From assembly GCF_017876815.1 (NCBI RefSeq), contig NZ_JAGIOS010000001.1, forward strand, positions 1,140,001-1,172,000: a stretch of DNA of 32,000 nucleotides, in the 5' to 3' direction. The DNA comes from Sinorhizobium meliloti (GTDB lineage: Bacteria > Pseudomonadota > Alphaproteobacteria > Rhizobiales > Rhizobiaceae). Both the position numbers and the translations under genes were made by a program. Under the pieces are notes generated by a model. It saw only the letters and a list, made by a program, of their open reading frames with translations, was not told the DNA's origin and ran no database searches. Shown piece after piece: positions 24,039-32,000 of this stretch. Each line of letters begins with the position of its first letter. Within the stretch, counting starts at the first letter, position 1.

Positions 24039-24464
24039 TCACGTCGGCAACGCCTTTGCGTCATAGGCGGCGGCGAACTCGGCGCTCGGCGGGATCGGCT
24101 TGATGATGTCGATCATCACGCCGTTCGGATCGGCCGTGATGAAATGACGCTGGCCGAAGTCTTCGTCGCAGATCGGCTTGAGGATGGGCAGGCCCGCTTC
24201 ACGCATCTGGGTATAGAGCCGATCGGGATCTTCCACCTCGAAATTCAGGAGCAGGCCCTGCACCGGCGCCCGGTGCCGTTCGGGCACCGTCTCATGACGG
24301 TAATCGAGGACCGCGAGCGTCACATGTTCGTTCTCGGTCGACTGGAGGTGCATGTACCAATCGCTTACGAAAAGCGCCTCGAAGCTTAGATGCCTGACGT
24401 AGAAGTCCGCCGTCTGCCGAACGTCCTGCGTCATGATCACCGGATAATAGCTTGTGGATTTCAT
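24039..24464 (-). CDS. VOC / glyoxalase-bleomycin resistance family protein
   Basis: The ORF was trimmed to the ATG at 24464 ([23 protein letters not shown]...), which has a strong GGAGGGAAAGG RBS. It is 141 aa with a VOC-fold pattern. It is divergent from tetR. Confidence 0.85.
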   Translation of the reverse strand: MKSTSYYPVIMTQDVRQTADFYVRHLSFEALFVSDWYMHLQSTENEHVTLAVLDYRHETVPERHRAPVQGLLLNFEVEDPDRLYTQMREAGLPILKPICDEDFGQRHFITADPNGVMIDIIKPIPPSAEFAAAYDAKALPT

Positions 24465-24486
24465 CCTTTCCCTCCGTTGTTCGATC

Positions 24487-24533
24487 ACATACAATCTGCA
24501 TGTATCCTTCAATAACATACAGGCTGCATGTAT
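24487..24533. promoter_or_regulatory. Two tandem copies of a 19-bp imperfect palindrome (candidate TetR operators) in the VOC-tetR divergent promoter
   Basis: The copies are ACATACAatCTGCATGTAT (24487-24505) and ACATACAggCTGCATGTAT (24515-24533), 28 bp apart. Each has the dyad ACATnCA-N3-TGnATGT. The second copy overlaps the tetR ATG at 24532. Confidence 0.55.
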
Positions 24534-25125
24534 GCAACAGAGAGAAACAAGACGCTCCAACCGGGAGCGCTCCGATGCAACCCGCACGGCGATCCTCGAT
24601 GCCGCACGCACGCTCTTCGTCTCCAGGGGCTACGCCGAAACCGCGACGCCGGACATCGTTGCCGCAGCCGGGCTCACGCGCGGCGCGCTCTATCATCACT
24701 TCGAGGACAAGAAGGCGCTGTTTCGGGCGATCGTAGAAAGGGAAGCACGCGAGGTCGCGGCGATGATCGAGCAATTGGCCGGTGCTCCCCTCCCACCCCG
24801 CGAGGCACTGCTTGCAGGAGCGGCGGCCTATTTCGACGCCATGGCCGTTCCGGGCAGGGTACGCCTGCTGTTGCTCGACGGGCCGGCCGTGCTGGGCGTC
24901 ACCGAAATGGCGGCTCTCGACGCCGCCCATGGCGGCAGAACGCTGGAGGAAGGCCTCGCCGCCGCCATGGCTCCGCACCGCCTGGAGGAGAAGACGGTCA
25001 AGGCGATGGCATTCCTGTTGTCCGCCGCCTTCGACCGCGCTGCGCTCGAGATCGATGCGGGCGCTGCACGGGCCGACTATGCTTACGCCATCGACAGGCT
25101 GATCGACCGCCTGATCGCTCAATGA
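24532..25125 (+). CDS. TetR/AcrR family transcriptional regulator
   Basis: The ORF was trimmed to the ATG at 24532 ([57 protein letters not shown]), which contains the canonical TetR HTH. Confidence 0.9.
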   Translation: MQQRETRRSNRERSDATRTAILDAARTLFVSRGYAETATPDIVAAAGLTRGALYHHFEDKKALFRAIVEREAREVAAMIEQLAGAPLPPREALLAGAAAYFDAMAVPGRVRLLLLDGPAVLGVTEMAALDAAHGGRTLEEGLAAAMAPHRLEEKTVKAMAFLLSAAFDRAALEIDAGAARADYAYAIDRLIDRLIAQ

Positions 25126-25201
25126 GGAAAGTGATTGCGAGCGGATGAGGAAAAGTGTGTGCGGTTTTCCGCCCGTGATTTTAGGTCGACCCGACCTGAA
25201 A

Positions 25202-25993
25202 TCATCGTGATCTGGCGGCGACGGAGATCGCCTGCGGCGGCAATTCCACGAGCGGGGCCGGGATATCGCAGGTCTTTTCCGGCGATTTGCAGAGGTCCGC
25301 TATCACGCAGCGCTCGCATTCCGGCCGGCGCGCCTTGCAGACATAGCGGCCGTGCAGGATCAGCCAGTGATGGGCATGGAACAGATAGTGCTCGGGGATC
25401 ACCCGCAGGAGGTGCGCCTCCACCTCGTCCGGCGTCTTGCCCGGCGCAAGACGGATACGGTTGGCGATGCGGAAGATATGGGTGTCGACGGCCATTGTCG
25501 GCTGGCCGAAGGCCATCGAGAGCACGACGTTCGCGGTCTTTCGCCCGACGCCGGGCAGCGTCACGAGCTCCTCGCGCGTGCGCGGCACCTCGCCGCCGAA
25601 GTCGGCGATCAGCTTCTCGGAGAGGGCGATCACGTTTTTCGCCTTGTTGCGGTAGAGGCCGATCGTCTTGATATAGTCGCGGACCCGTTCCTCGCCGAGC
25701 GCGAGCATCTTCTCCGGCGTATCGGCGACAGCGAAGAGCTGCCGGGTCGCCTTGTTGACGCCGGCATCCGTCGCCTGCGCCGAGAGGGCCACCGCCACGA
25801 CGAGCGTGAACGGATTGACGTGCTCGAGCTCGCCCTTCGGCTCCGGACGCTGCACCGAAAAGCGGCGGAAGATTTCCTCGACTTCCGCCGTGCGGTAGGC
25901 ACTGCGTGGCCCCGTGCGGCCTCCCGTGCGGCGCGTTGTCGCTTTCGCAGGCTTTGGCTCTTGTGGTGGCGATTTGAGCTTCACGTTTTTCAT
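25202..25993 (-). CDS. nth: Endonuclease III
   Basis: It has the HhH motif LPGVGRKTANVV and the 4Fe-4S ligand pattern C-x6-C-x2-C-x5-C (CKARRPECERCVIADLC). The start was set at the ATG at 25993 (MKNVKLK...). Alternative in-frame ATGs lie at 26017 and 26044. Confidence 0.92.
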   Translation of the reverse strand: MKNVKLKSPPQEPKPAKATTRRTGGRTGPRSAYRTAEVEEIFRRFSVQRPEPKGELEHVNPFTLVVAVALSAQATDAGVNKATRQLFAVADTPEKMLALGEERVRDYIKTIGLYRNKAKNVIALSEKLIADFGGEVPRTREELVTLPGVGRKTANVVLSMAFGQPTMAVDTHIFRIANRIRLAPGKTPDEVEAHLLRVIPEHYLFHAHHWLILHGRYVCKARRPECERCVIADLCKSPEKTCDIPAPLVELPPQAISVAARSR

Positions 25994-26015
25994 GCTGCAT
26001 CTATAGTCAAGGGTC

Positions 26016-26513
26016 ATGATCAAAGGCAACGCCGCGCCAAACATCGATGACGAGCCGATCTTTGCGGCCGAACTCACCCCCTACCGCTCGCTGGGATACA
26101 GGGGCTTCAAGATTTTACTGATGATCGCCGGCATCATGAGCCTGATGCACATCGTCGTGTTTCTGGTCATCGGCGCCTGGCCGATCGTCTTTTTCTTCGG
26201 CCTCGATTTGATCCTGCTCTTCGGTGCCTTCTGGCTCAACTACCACGCTGCGCGGGCCCGCGAGGAGATCAGCGTTTCGCGCACCGACGTTTCGGTCAGG
26301 AAGTTCGCGCCGTCGGGGAGGATGATCGAACACCGCTTCAACACCTTCTGGGCGCGCTTCAGCATCAAGCGCCATCAGGAGATCGGCATCGTGTCGATGA
26401 AGATCAGTGGCGGCGGCCGGCAGACCGATATCGGCTCCTTCCTCAACCGCGACGACCGCGAAACCTTCGCCGCCGCCTTCGCACGGGCGCTGGCGACCGC
26501 CAGGTCGCGCTGA
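26016..26513 (+). CDS. DUF2244-like small integral membrane protein
   Basis: The 165-aa protein has two adjacent TM helices (ILLMIAGIMSLMHIVVFLVIGAWPIVFFFGLDLILLFGAFWL) followed by a soluble tail. The family call is from memory. Confidence 0.75.
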   Translation: MIKGNAAPNIDDEPIFAAELTPYRSLGYRGFKILLMIAGIMSLMHIVVFLVIGAWPIVFFFGLDLILLFGAFWLNYHAARAREEISVSRTDVSVRKFAPSGRMIEHRFNTFWARFSIKRHQEIGIVSMKISGGGRQTDIGSFLNRDDRETFAAAFARALATARSR

Positions 26514-26583
26514 GCCGGCCGGCCGACCGACAAGAATCGGGTGGTTATAGGATCGCCCGCATGATTATCTGTGGCACAAGGAG

Positions 26584-27462
26584 ATGATCATGAACGTCGT
26601 TACATCCATTCCCACCGACATCACCCCGGAAGGCACCGACTACGACACGGTCCGGCGTGTGATCGCGATGCTGACCGAAGATTATCGCGAGCAGCCGTCG
26701 CTCGAGTCGCTCGCCCGGCGCCTCGGCCAGTCGCCGACGCAGCTCCAGAAGGTCTTCACCCGTTGGGCCGGGCTTTCGCCGAAGGCCTTCCTGCAGGCGG
26801 TCACCCTCGATCACGCCAAGCGCCTCCTGCGCCAGGAGGACATGCCGTTGCTCGAGACCAGCATCGAGGTCGGTCTTTCAGGTCCGAGCCGGCTGCACGA
26901 TCTCTTCGTCACCCATGAGGCCATGTCGCCCGGCGAGTGGAAGGCGCGCGGCGCCGGCCTCACCATCCGCTACGGCTTTCACCCCTCGCCCTTCGGTACG
27001 GCCCTGGTGATGGTGACCGATCGCGGCCTCGCCGGCCTTGCCTTCGCCGATTCGGGCGAGGAGCGCGCGAGCTTCGAAGACATGGCCGCCCGTTGGCCGA
27101 ACGCCACCTATGTCGAGGACAGCGCGGCGACGGCGCGCTATGCGGCACGCATTTTCGACCCCGACCGCTGGTGCGCGGAAGAGCCGCTCCGGATTTTCCT
27201 GATCGGTTCGGATTTTCAGATCCGCGTATGGCAGACCCTGCTGCAGATTCCGCTCGGCAAGGCCACGACCTATTCCAGGATCGCCGAAAACCTCGGCCAG
27301 CCGACGGCCTCGCGTGCGGTCGGCGCCGCGGTCGGGCGCAACCCGATCTCCTTCGTCGTGCCCTGCCATCGTGCACTCGGCAAGACCGGCGATCTCACCG
27401 GCTATCACTGGGGATTGACGCGCAAGCGCGCGATCCTCGGCTGGGAGGCGGGGAAGGCTTGA
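26584..27462 (+). CDS. Bifunctional AraC-type HTH / methylated-DNA-[protein]-cysteine S-methyltransferase (Ada-like, lacking the N-terminal zinc domain)
   Basis: The AraC HTH region is SLESLARRLGQSPTQLQKVFTRWAGLSPKAF. The MGMT active site is VVPCHRAL. An AAGGAG directly abuts the ATG at 26584, and the in-frame ATG at 26590 has a better 6-nt spacing. Confidence 0.9.
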   Translation: MIMNVVTSIPTDITPEGTDYDTVRRVIAMLTEDYREQPSLESLARRLGQSPTQLQKVFTRWAGLSPKAFLQAVTLDHAKRLLRQEDMPLLETSIEVGLSGPSRLHDLFVTHEAMSPGEWKARGAGLTIRYGFHPSPFGTALVMVTDRGLAGLAFADSGEERASFEDMAARWPNATYVEDSAATARYAARIFDPDRWCAEEPLRIFLIGSDFQIRVWQTLLQIPLGKATTYSRIAENLGQPTASRAVGAAVGRNPISFVVPCHRALGKTGDLTGYHWGLTRKRAILGWEAGKA

Positions 27463-27470
27463 GGGGTTGC

Positions 27471-27515
27471 CCTACAGCGCCGCGCGTCTTATCAGACGCG
27501 CAAGGGTCGCTGTAG
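27471..27515. repeat. Full copy of the ctacagcgcc-hairpin intergenic repeat
   Basis: The outer stem is ctacagcg / cgctgtag. It encloses the inner hairpin GCGCGTCT-tatc-AGACGCGC. It is related to 20535-20570. Confidence 0.75.
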
Positions 27516-27527
27516 CACTTTGATCTG

Positions 27528-27571
27528 CTGCATGTTTCCTTTAATCGTATACGATTAAAGGAAACATGCAG
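27528..27571. repeat. 44-bp perfect palindrome, locally AT-rich
   Basis: The sequence is ctgcatgtttcctttaatcgta|tacgattaaaggaaacatgcag. I verified base by base that the right half is the exact reverse complement of the left. Confidence 0.9.
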
Positions 27572-27578
27572 TAGATTG

Positions 27579-27739
27579 CCCCTCATCCGCCTGCCGGCAC
27601 CTTCTCCCCGCAAGCGGGGCGAAGGGACAAGCGGCGCCGACTGAACCTCGCATTCACCGCCGGCTCAAGGGAGCGAGCGGGCGCGGCATATCCCTTCTCC
27701 CCGCCTGCGGGGAGAAGGTGGCGGCAGCCGGTTGAGGGG
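27579..27739. repeat. Mosaic palindromic intergenic repeat (RIME-like), copy 2
   Basis: The first 48 bp are identical to 5644-5691. The right arm is cccttctccccgcctgcggggagaaggtggcggcagccggttgagggg. The internal module is arranged differently from copy 1. Confidence 0.75.
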
Positions 27740-27744
27740 CAATC

Positions 27745-27841
27745 CCTTCCCTCGAACCCACCAGGTCTGCAAACGGCAAATCTCGAGGATGACGACCGAG
27801 GGAGGTTGAGGCGGTTGGGTTCCCGAGGGATCCCGGGATCC
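27745..27841. repeat. Further inverted-repeat module ending in a GGATCCCGGGATCC palindrome
   Basis: The arms are cccttccctcgaacccacc and ggttgggttcccgaggga. They flank an inner ctcgaggatgacgaccgag hairpin of the common rhizobial tcgaggatgac type. Confidence 0.45.
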
Positions 27842-27887
27842 ATTCATCAGCAGTATCCGCCGCACCAGCCCGCAAGAGGTGTGTGCC

Positions 27888-28523
27888 TCAATGCGCCCCG
27901 GACATATCCCCTAGCACTTCCTTCGAAGCGACGGTCGAATCCGCGTTCAGCTTGTAGACCATCGGCACTCCGGTCGCGAGGTTGAGCTTGAGGATCTGCT
28001 CCTTGGTCAGCTTGTCCAGCACCATGACGAGGGAGCGCAGCGAGTTGCCATGGGCGGCGGCGAGCACCTTCTCGCCCGAAAGCACGCGCGGCAGGATGTC
28101 GGTCAGGTAATAGGGCCAGACGCGCGCGCCGGTGTCGCGCAGGCTCTCGCCGCCGGGCGGCGGCACGTCGTAGGAGCGGCGCCAGATATGGACCTGCTCT
28201 TCGCCCCATTTCGCCCGCGCATCGTCCTTGTTGAGACCGGAGAGGTCGCCGTAGTCGCGCTCGTTCAGGGCCTGATCGCGGATCGTTTCGAGCGACGACT
28301 GGCCGACGGCGTCGAGGACGAGCTGGCAGGTACGCTGGGCCCGGATGAGGACGGAGGTGAAGGCGATGTCGAATTTGATGCCGTAATCGGCAAGCGCCTT
28401 GCCGCCGGCCTTTGCCTCCTCGATGCCGAGTTCGGTGAGGTCGGGATCGCGCCAGCCGGTGAAGAGGTTCTTCAGGTTCCAGTCGCTCTGGCCGTGCCGG
28501 ACAAGGACGAGGGTGCCGCTCAT
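27888..28523 (-). CDS. gpmA: 2,3-bisphosphoglycerate-dependent phosphoglycerate mutase
   Basis: The 211-aa protein has the RHG motif ([10 protein letters not shown]) and the histidine phosphatase family pattern (AAHGNSLR). Confidence 0.96.
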   Translation of the reverse strand: MSGTLVLVRHGQSDWNLKNLFTGWRDPDLTELGIEEAKAGGKALADYGIKFDIAFTSVLIRAQRTCQLVLDAVGQSSLETIRDQALNERDYGDLSGLNKDDARAKWGEEQVHIWRRSYDVPPPGGESLRDTGARVWPYYLTDILPRVLSGEKVLAAAHGNSLRSLVMVLDKLTKEQILKLNLATGVPMVYKLNADSTVASKEVLGDMSGAH

Positions 28524-28553
28524 TTCGATTTCCTCTTTGTGAATTATCGGATG

Positions 28554-29372
28554 TCAGTCGAGCCCGAGAACGTCGAGCATGGAGTAGAAGCCTGGCTTCC
28601 GGCTCCGCCCCCAGAGGGCGGCAGCGACGGCGCCGCGGGCGAAGATGGAGCGGTCGGTCGCACTGTGCGAAAGGGTGACCATTTCACCCTCTCCGGCAAT
28701 CACAACCGAGTGCTCGCCGATGACGGAGCCGCCGCGGAGCGTCGCAAAGCCGATTGACCCTTCGGGCCGCGCACCGGTGTGGCCGTCGCGGACCCGCACG
28801 GAGTGATCCGCAAGATCGATGCCGCGCCCCCTGGCCGCCGCTTCGCCGAGAAGCAGCGCCGTGCCCGAGGGCGCATCGACCTTGTGTTTGTGGTGCATTT
28901 CGAGGATCTCTATGTCCCACCCCCCGGCCGGAAGCGCACGCGCCGCCTTTTCCGTGAGCACGCCGAGCAGGTTGACGCCAAGGCTCATATTGCCCGACTT
29001 GATGACGCGGGCGTGACGGGCGGCGGCGCGGATCCTCGCCTCGTCATCCGCCGAGCAGCCGGTCGTGCCGACGACGTGCACGATGCGCGCCTGCGCCGCA
29101 AGGCCGGCGAATTCCACCGTGGCGGCGGGCGCCGTGAAATCGAGGACGCCTTCGGCCTCGACGAAGGCTTCGAGCGGCTTGTCGGTAACGGCGACCCCCA
29201 TCGGGCCGGCACCGGCAAGCTCGCCGGCATCGCGGCCGATAAACGGCGAGCCGGTCCGCTCGATCGCGGCATGAAGGCGCACGCCGGCGGTCTCGTGAAT
29301 GATCCGGATCAATGTCTGGCCCATACGGCCGGCCGCGCCGACCACAACGAGCTTCATGTCCGTTTCGTTCAT
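28554..29372 (-). CDS. dapB: 4-hydroxy-tetrahydrodipicolinate reductase
   Basis: The NAD(P)-binding motif is [10 protein letters not shown] and the signature is [16 protein letters not shown]. An alternative start lies at 29357 (MKLVVVG). Confidence 0.95.
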   Translation of the reverse strand: MNETDMKLVVVGAAGRMGQTLIRIIHETAGVRLHAAIERTGSPFIGRDAGELAGAGPMGVAVTDKPLEAFVEAEGVLDFTAPAATVEFAGLAAQARIVHVVGTTGCSADDEARIRAAARHARVIKSGNMSLGVNLLGVLTEKAARALPAGGWDIEILEMHHKHKVDAPSGTALLLGEAAARGRGIDLADHSVRVRDGHTGARPEGSIGFATLRGGSVIGEHSVVIAGEGEMVTLSHSATDRSIFARGAVAAALWGRSRKPGFYSMLDVLGLD

Positions 29373-29389
29373 CGTGCAATTCCCTTGTG

Positions 29390-31240
29390 CTACAGGATCT
29401 GTGCCTCGGCGACCGTATCCGCTCCGCTGCCCTGGAGATTGTGGAGGCGAGCGTAAAGACCGTCCGGACGCCGCGCAAGCTCCTCATGGGAGCCTTCCTC
29501 GACGACGATGCCTTCCTTCATGACGACGATCTTGTCGGCATTCACGACGGTGGAGAGCCTGTGCGCGATGACGATCACGGTGCGGCCGCTCATCGCCTCT
29601 TCGAGTGCCTTCTGAACGGCGGCTTCCGACTCGGTGTCGAGCGCCGAAGTCGCCTCGTCCAGAAGCAGGACGGGCGCGTTGCGGACGAGTGCGCGGGCAA
29701 TCGACAGGCGCTGACGCTGGCCGCCGGAAAGCGTCACGCCATGCTCGCCGACGGGCGTGTCATAGCCCTGCGGCTGCGCCAGGATGAAATCATGCGCGTA
29801 GGCCAGCCGCGCCGCTTCCTCGATCTCGGCATCGGTCGCATCGGGCCGGCCGTAGCGGATGTTGTCGCGGATCGAGCCTTCGAAGAGATAGGGCTGCTGC
29901 GAGACATAGGCGAGGCCGGCACGAAGCGATTGCTTGGTGACGCCGGCGATATTCTGGCCGTCGATCAGTATCTCGCCGGACAGCGGATCGTAGAAGCGCG
30001 GGATCAGGCTGATGATCGTCGACTTGCCGGCGCCCGAGGGGCCGACGAGCGCGGTGGTCTTGCCGCCCTCCGCGCGGAAGCTGACGCCTTTGAGGATCTC
30101 CTCGCCGGTGCCATAGGCGAAGCGCACGTCGCGCAATTCGACGGTCGCCTCGCCGAGCCTCAGCTCGGTGGCGTCCGGACGGTCGCGCTGGTGCGGCACC
30201 GTGTCGAGAATCTCGTAGATCATGCGGGCATTGACGGCCGCGCGCTCCATCGAAACCTGCAGGCGCGCGAGACGCCGAGCCGGATCATAGGCCATGAGCA
30301 GGGCGGTAACGAAGGCGAAGAACGCCCCGGGCGGCACGTTGTGATAGATCGTGCGGAAGGCCGCATAGGCAAGCACGCTCGAGATCGCCAGTCCCGCGAA
30401 GGTCTCGGTCATCGGCGCCGTGCGCTCGCTGAGGCGCGCGATGCGGTTTGCCCGGTTCTCGGCACGATCGATGATAGACTCAACCTTGCGCCGCAATTCG
30501 TTCTCCATCGTGAAGGCCTTGACGATGGTGATGCCCTGGATCGTCTCCTGCATGGCGCCGAGAACCCGGCTGTTGACCTCGACGGCCTCGCGCGTCGCCA
30601 GGCGCAGGCGCCTCGAAATGTAGCGGAGCCCGAGGAGCAATGGCGGTGCGACGAAGAAGACGATCAACGACAGGAGCCAGTCCTTGCTGAACATGACCAC
30701 GACCAGGCCGATCAGTGTCAGGAGGTCGCGGGCGATAGACGTGACCGTCATGTTGAGCACGTCGCGGATGCCGCTGACGTTCTGGCTGACTTTGGCGGCG
30801 AGCTGGGCCGAGCGGTGCTCGTGGAAATAGCCGACGCTGAGCGCCATCAGATGCGCATAAAGCCGGCGCTGATAGCGCGCCACGATGTTGTTGCCGATCT
30901 TGGAAAGGGCGACCGCCTGCCCGTAGGTCGCAAGCCCCCTGAGGACGAAGGCGGCGAAGATCGCACCGCAGATCAGGAGCACGATGTCGGCGCGCCTGTT
31001 GGCGAAAGCCTCGTTGACGACCGCCTCCATGATCCAGGCGGTGAAGCCGGTCGTCGCCGCCACCACGACAAGGCATGCGATTGCGAAAGCATAGCCGCGG
31101 ATGTGGTCGCGGCCGTTTTCGGCGATGACGCGCTTGAGGATTCCCGTGATCGTCTCGGAATCGACTGCGCGCTTGTTTCTATCCTTGGCGTTCAATAAGC
31201 CCGTCTTCCCTGAGCCCGCTCGCGTACCGCACCCCGGCAT
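29390..31240 (-). CDS. ABC transporter, fused permease/ATP-binding exporter (MsbA-like type)
   Basis: It has an N-terminal 6-TM domain, then Walker [10 protein letters not shown], the signature LSGGQRQR and Walker [12 protein letters not shown]. The start is uncertain: ATG at 31240, or an internal TTG near 31196. Its stop is 17 nt upstream of the dapB start. Confidence 0.9.
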   Translation of the reverse strand: MPGCGTRAGSGKTGLLNAKDRNKRAVDSETITGILKRVIAENGRDHIRGYAFAIACLVVVAATTGFTAWIMEAVVNEAFANRRADIVLLICGAIFAAFVLRGLATYGQAVALSKIGNNIVARYQRRLYAHLMALSVGYFHEHRSAQLAAKVSQNVSGIRDVLNMTVTSIARDLLTLIGLVVVMFSKDWLLSLIVFFVAPPLLLGLRYISRRLRLATREAVEVNSRVLGAMQETIQGITIVKAFTMENELRRKVESIIDRAENRANRIARLSERTAPMTETFAGLAISSVLAYAAFRTIYHNVPPGAFFAFVTALLMAYDPARRLARLQVSMERAAVNARMIYEILDTVPHQRDRPDATELRLGEATVELRDVRFAYGTGEEILKGVSFRAEGGKTTALVGPSGAGKSTIISLIPRFYDPLSGEILIDGQNIAGVTKQSLRAGLAYVSQQPYLFEGSIRDNIRYGRPDATDAEIEEAARLAYAHDFILAQPQGYDTPVGEHGVTLSGGQRQRLSIARALVRNAPVLLLDEATSALDTESEAAVQKALEEAMSGRTVIVIAHRLSTVVNADKIVVMKEGIVVEEGSHEELARRPDGLYARLHNLQGSGADTVAEAQIL

Positions 31241-31303
31241 CGCTTTCGGGGGCTCTATAGTGCTTTGCTGCCGTTTTGGCGAGTCTCTGCGCCGGCCGCA
31301 GCG

Positions 31304-32000
31304 TCACCTTCTCCAACGGCGTCCCTCCATTGCAACACCGAAGTCCCTCGGCGTGCGGGCAAAGGCCGCGAGGCCGGAGAGCGCCGCCATGGGGTGAATG
31401 ACGGCGAAGGTCGGAATCGTCCGCATCAATGCCGAATGAGGCGCCTTGTCCTCGAAGGCCGCGCGAAATTCGGGCTTCGTCAGTGCCGGCAGTATCTTCT
31501 GCGAAATGCCGCCGGCAAGGAATACGCCGCCGCGCGCCATGAAGATCAGCGCCATGTCGCCGGCAACGCGCCCGAGATAGGTCGCAAAGAGCGACACGGT
31601 TTCGACCGCCGCCGCATCGGCGCCGGAGAGCGCGCTCGTCGTCACTGCCGCCTGATCCGCAAGAACCGCTTCCTCGCCATTGGCGGCGCAGACAGCGCGA
31701 TAGAGATTCATGATGCCGCGGCCGCACAGGATCTGCTCGCCGGCCATGCGTCCCTCGATCGGTTCGAGGAAGGGCCAGATCCGGAAGTCGCGCTCCGTCC
31801 GGGGACCTATATCGACATGACCGCCCTCGCCGGGCACGGGTATCCAGGTATGCTGCGCATAGACCAGTCCGGCGACGCCCAGACCGGTTCCCGGGCCGAG
31901 CACGACGCGCGAATGGAAGGGCCGGACGGCTCCGCCGCCGATCTGAACGACATCCTGATCGGCCGGCGCGGCGATGGCGAGCGCCTGGGCCTCGAAGTCG
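31304..32000 (-). CDS. glk: Glucokinase, C-terminal part (5' end beyond the window)
   Basis: The tracked ORF 31304..31903 begins at an internal GTG. My translation shows the frame stays open to the window end ([44 protein letters not shown]...). The GPGTGLG motif is typical of Glk. Confidence 0.9.
   Translation of the reverse strand, partial: DFEAQALAIAAPADQDVVQIGGGAVRPFHSRVVLGPGTGLGVAGLVYAQHTWIPVPGEGGHVDIGPRTERDFRIWPFLEPIEGRMAGEQILCGRGIMNLYRAVCAANGEEAVLADQAAVTTSALSGADAAAVETVSLFATYLGRVAGDMALIFMARGGVFLAGGISQKILPALTKPEFRAAFEDKAPHSALMRTIPTFAVIHPMAALSGLAAFARTPRDFGVAMEGRRWRR

Noticed and set aside
27828-27841. GGATCCCGGGATCC (BamHI-SmaI-BamHI), which looks like a cloning polylinker or cassette-excision scar.
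   Set aside because: It forms the tip of a larger natural-looking inverted-repeat module. No vector, resistance-cassette or other foreign sequence flanks it. A 14-bp GC-rich palindrome is plausible within this repeat family. It cannot be fully excluded without comparison to the wild-type strain.

Overview
This is a high-GC chromosomal core region. Gene content and order look like a Rhizobiaceae (Sinorhizobium/Ensifer-Rhizobium-Agrobacterium group) replicon; that assignment rests on my memory of synteny, not on a search. I support 28 protein-coding features. In order they are: a GNAT-like fragment, moeB, recF, a DUF47/PhoU-like gene translationally coupled to pit, a frameshifted DUF1326 gene, DUF2182, dnaJ, dnaK, a class A PBP, an EamA transporter, a secreted hypothetical, a UPF0104/YbhN-like membrane protein, an M20 peptidase, marR, polA, a 2-hydroxyacid dehydrogenase, an SH3b protein, a P-loop kinase, a PfkB adenosine kinase, a VOC/glyoxalase divergent from a tetR gene, nth, DUF2244, an AraC-MGMT (Ada-like) fusion, gpmA, dapB, an ABC exporter and the 3' part of glk. 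I found no rRNA, tRNA, CRISPR array, IS element, prophage or defence-island signature. The signals the ORF track does not explain are all non-coding or sub-genic. (1) A candidate sRNA at about 11897-12040 (+) has three hairpins that each present CCUCCUCCC in the loop, plus a fourth copy near the 5' end. (2) A second candidate sRNA at about 17067-17220 (-) lies between marR and polA and has a very strong intrinsic terminator. (3) A 10-bp tandem duplication is the only lesion disrupting the DUF1326 gene, which belongs to a Cys/Met-rich DUF1326-DUF2182 two-gene module of unknown function. (4) Several families of mosaic palindromic intergenic repeats sit in convergent gene gaps, including a 44-bp perfect palindrome and a hairpin repeat with a compensatory base-pair change between its two copies. 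(5) Candidate regulatory sites are an RpoH-type dnaK promoter, a dnaK-dnaJ attenuating terminator, a Pho-box-like repeat at the pit operon and twin TetR-type operators. I do not see a convincing new multi-gene system. The DUF1326/DUF2182 pair and the two sRNA candidates are the best leads. All coordinates were hand-indexed, and nothing here was checked against a database.
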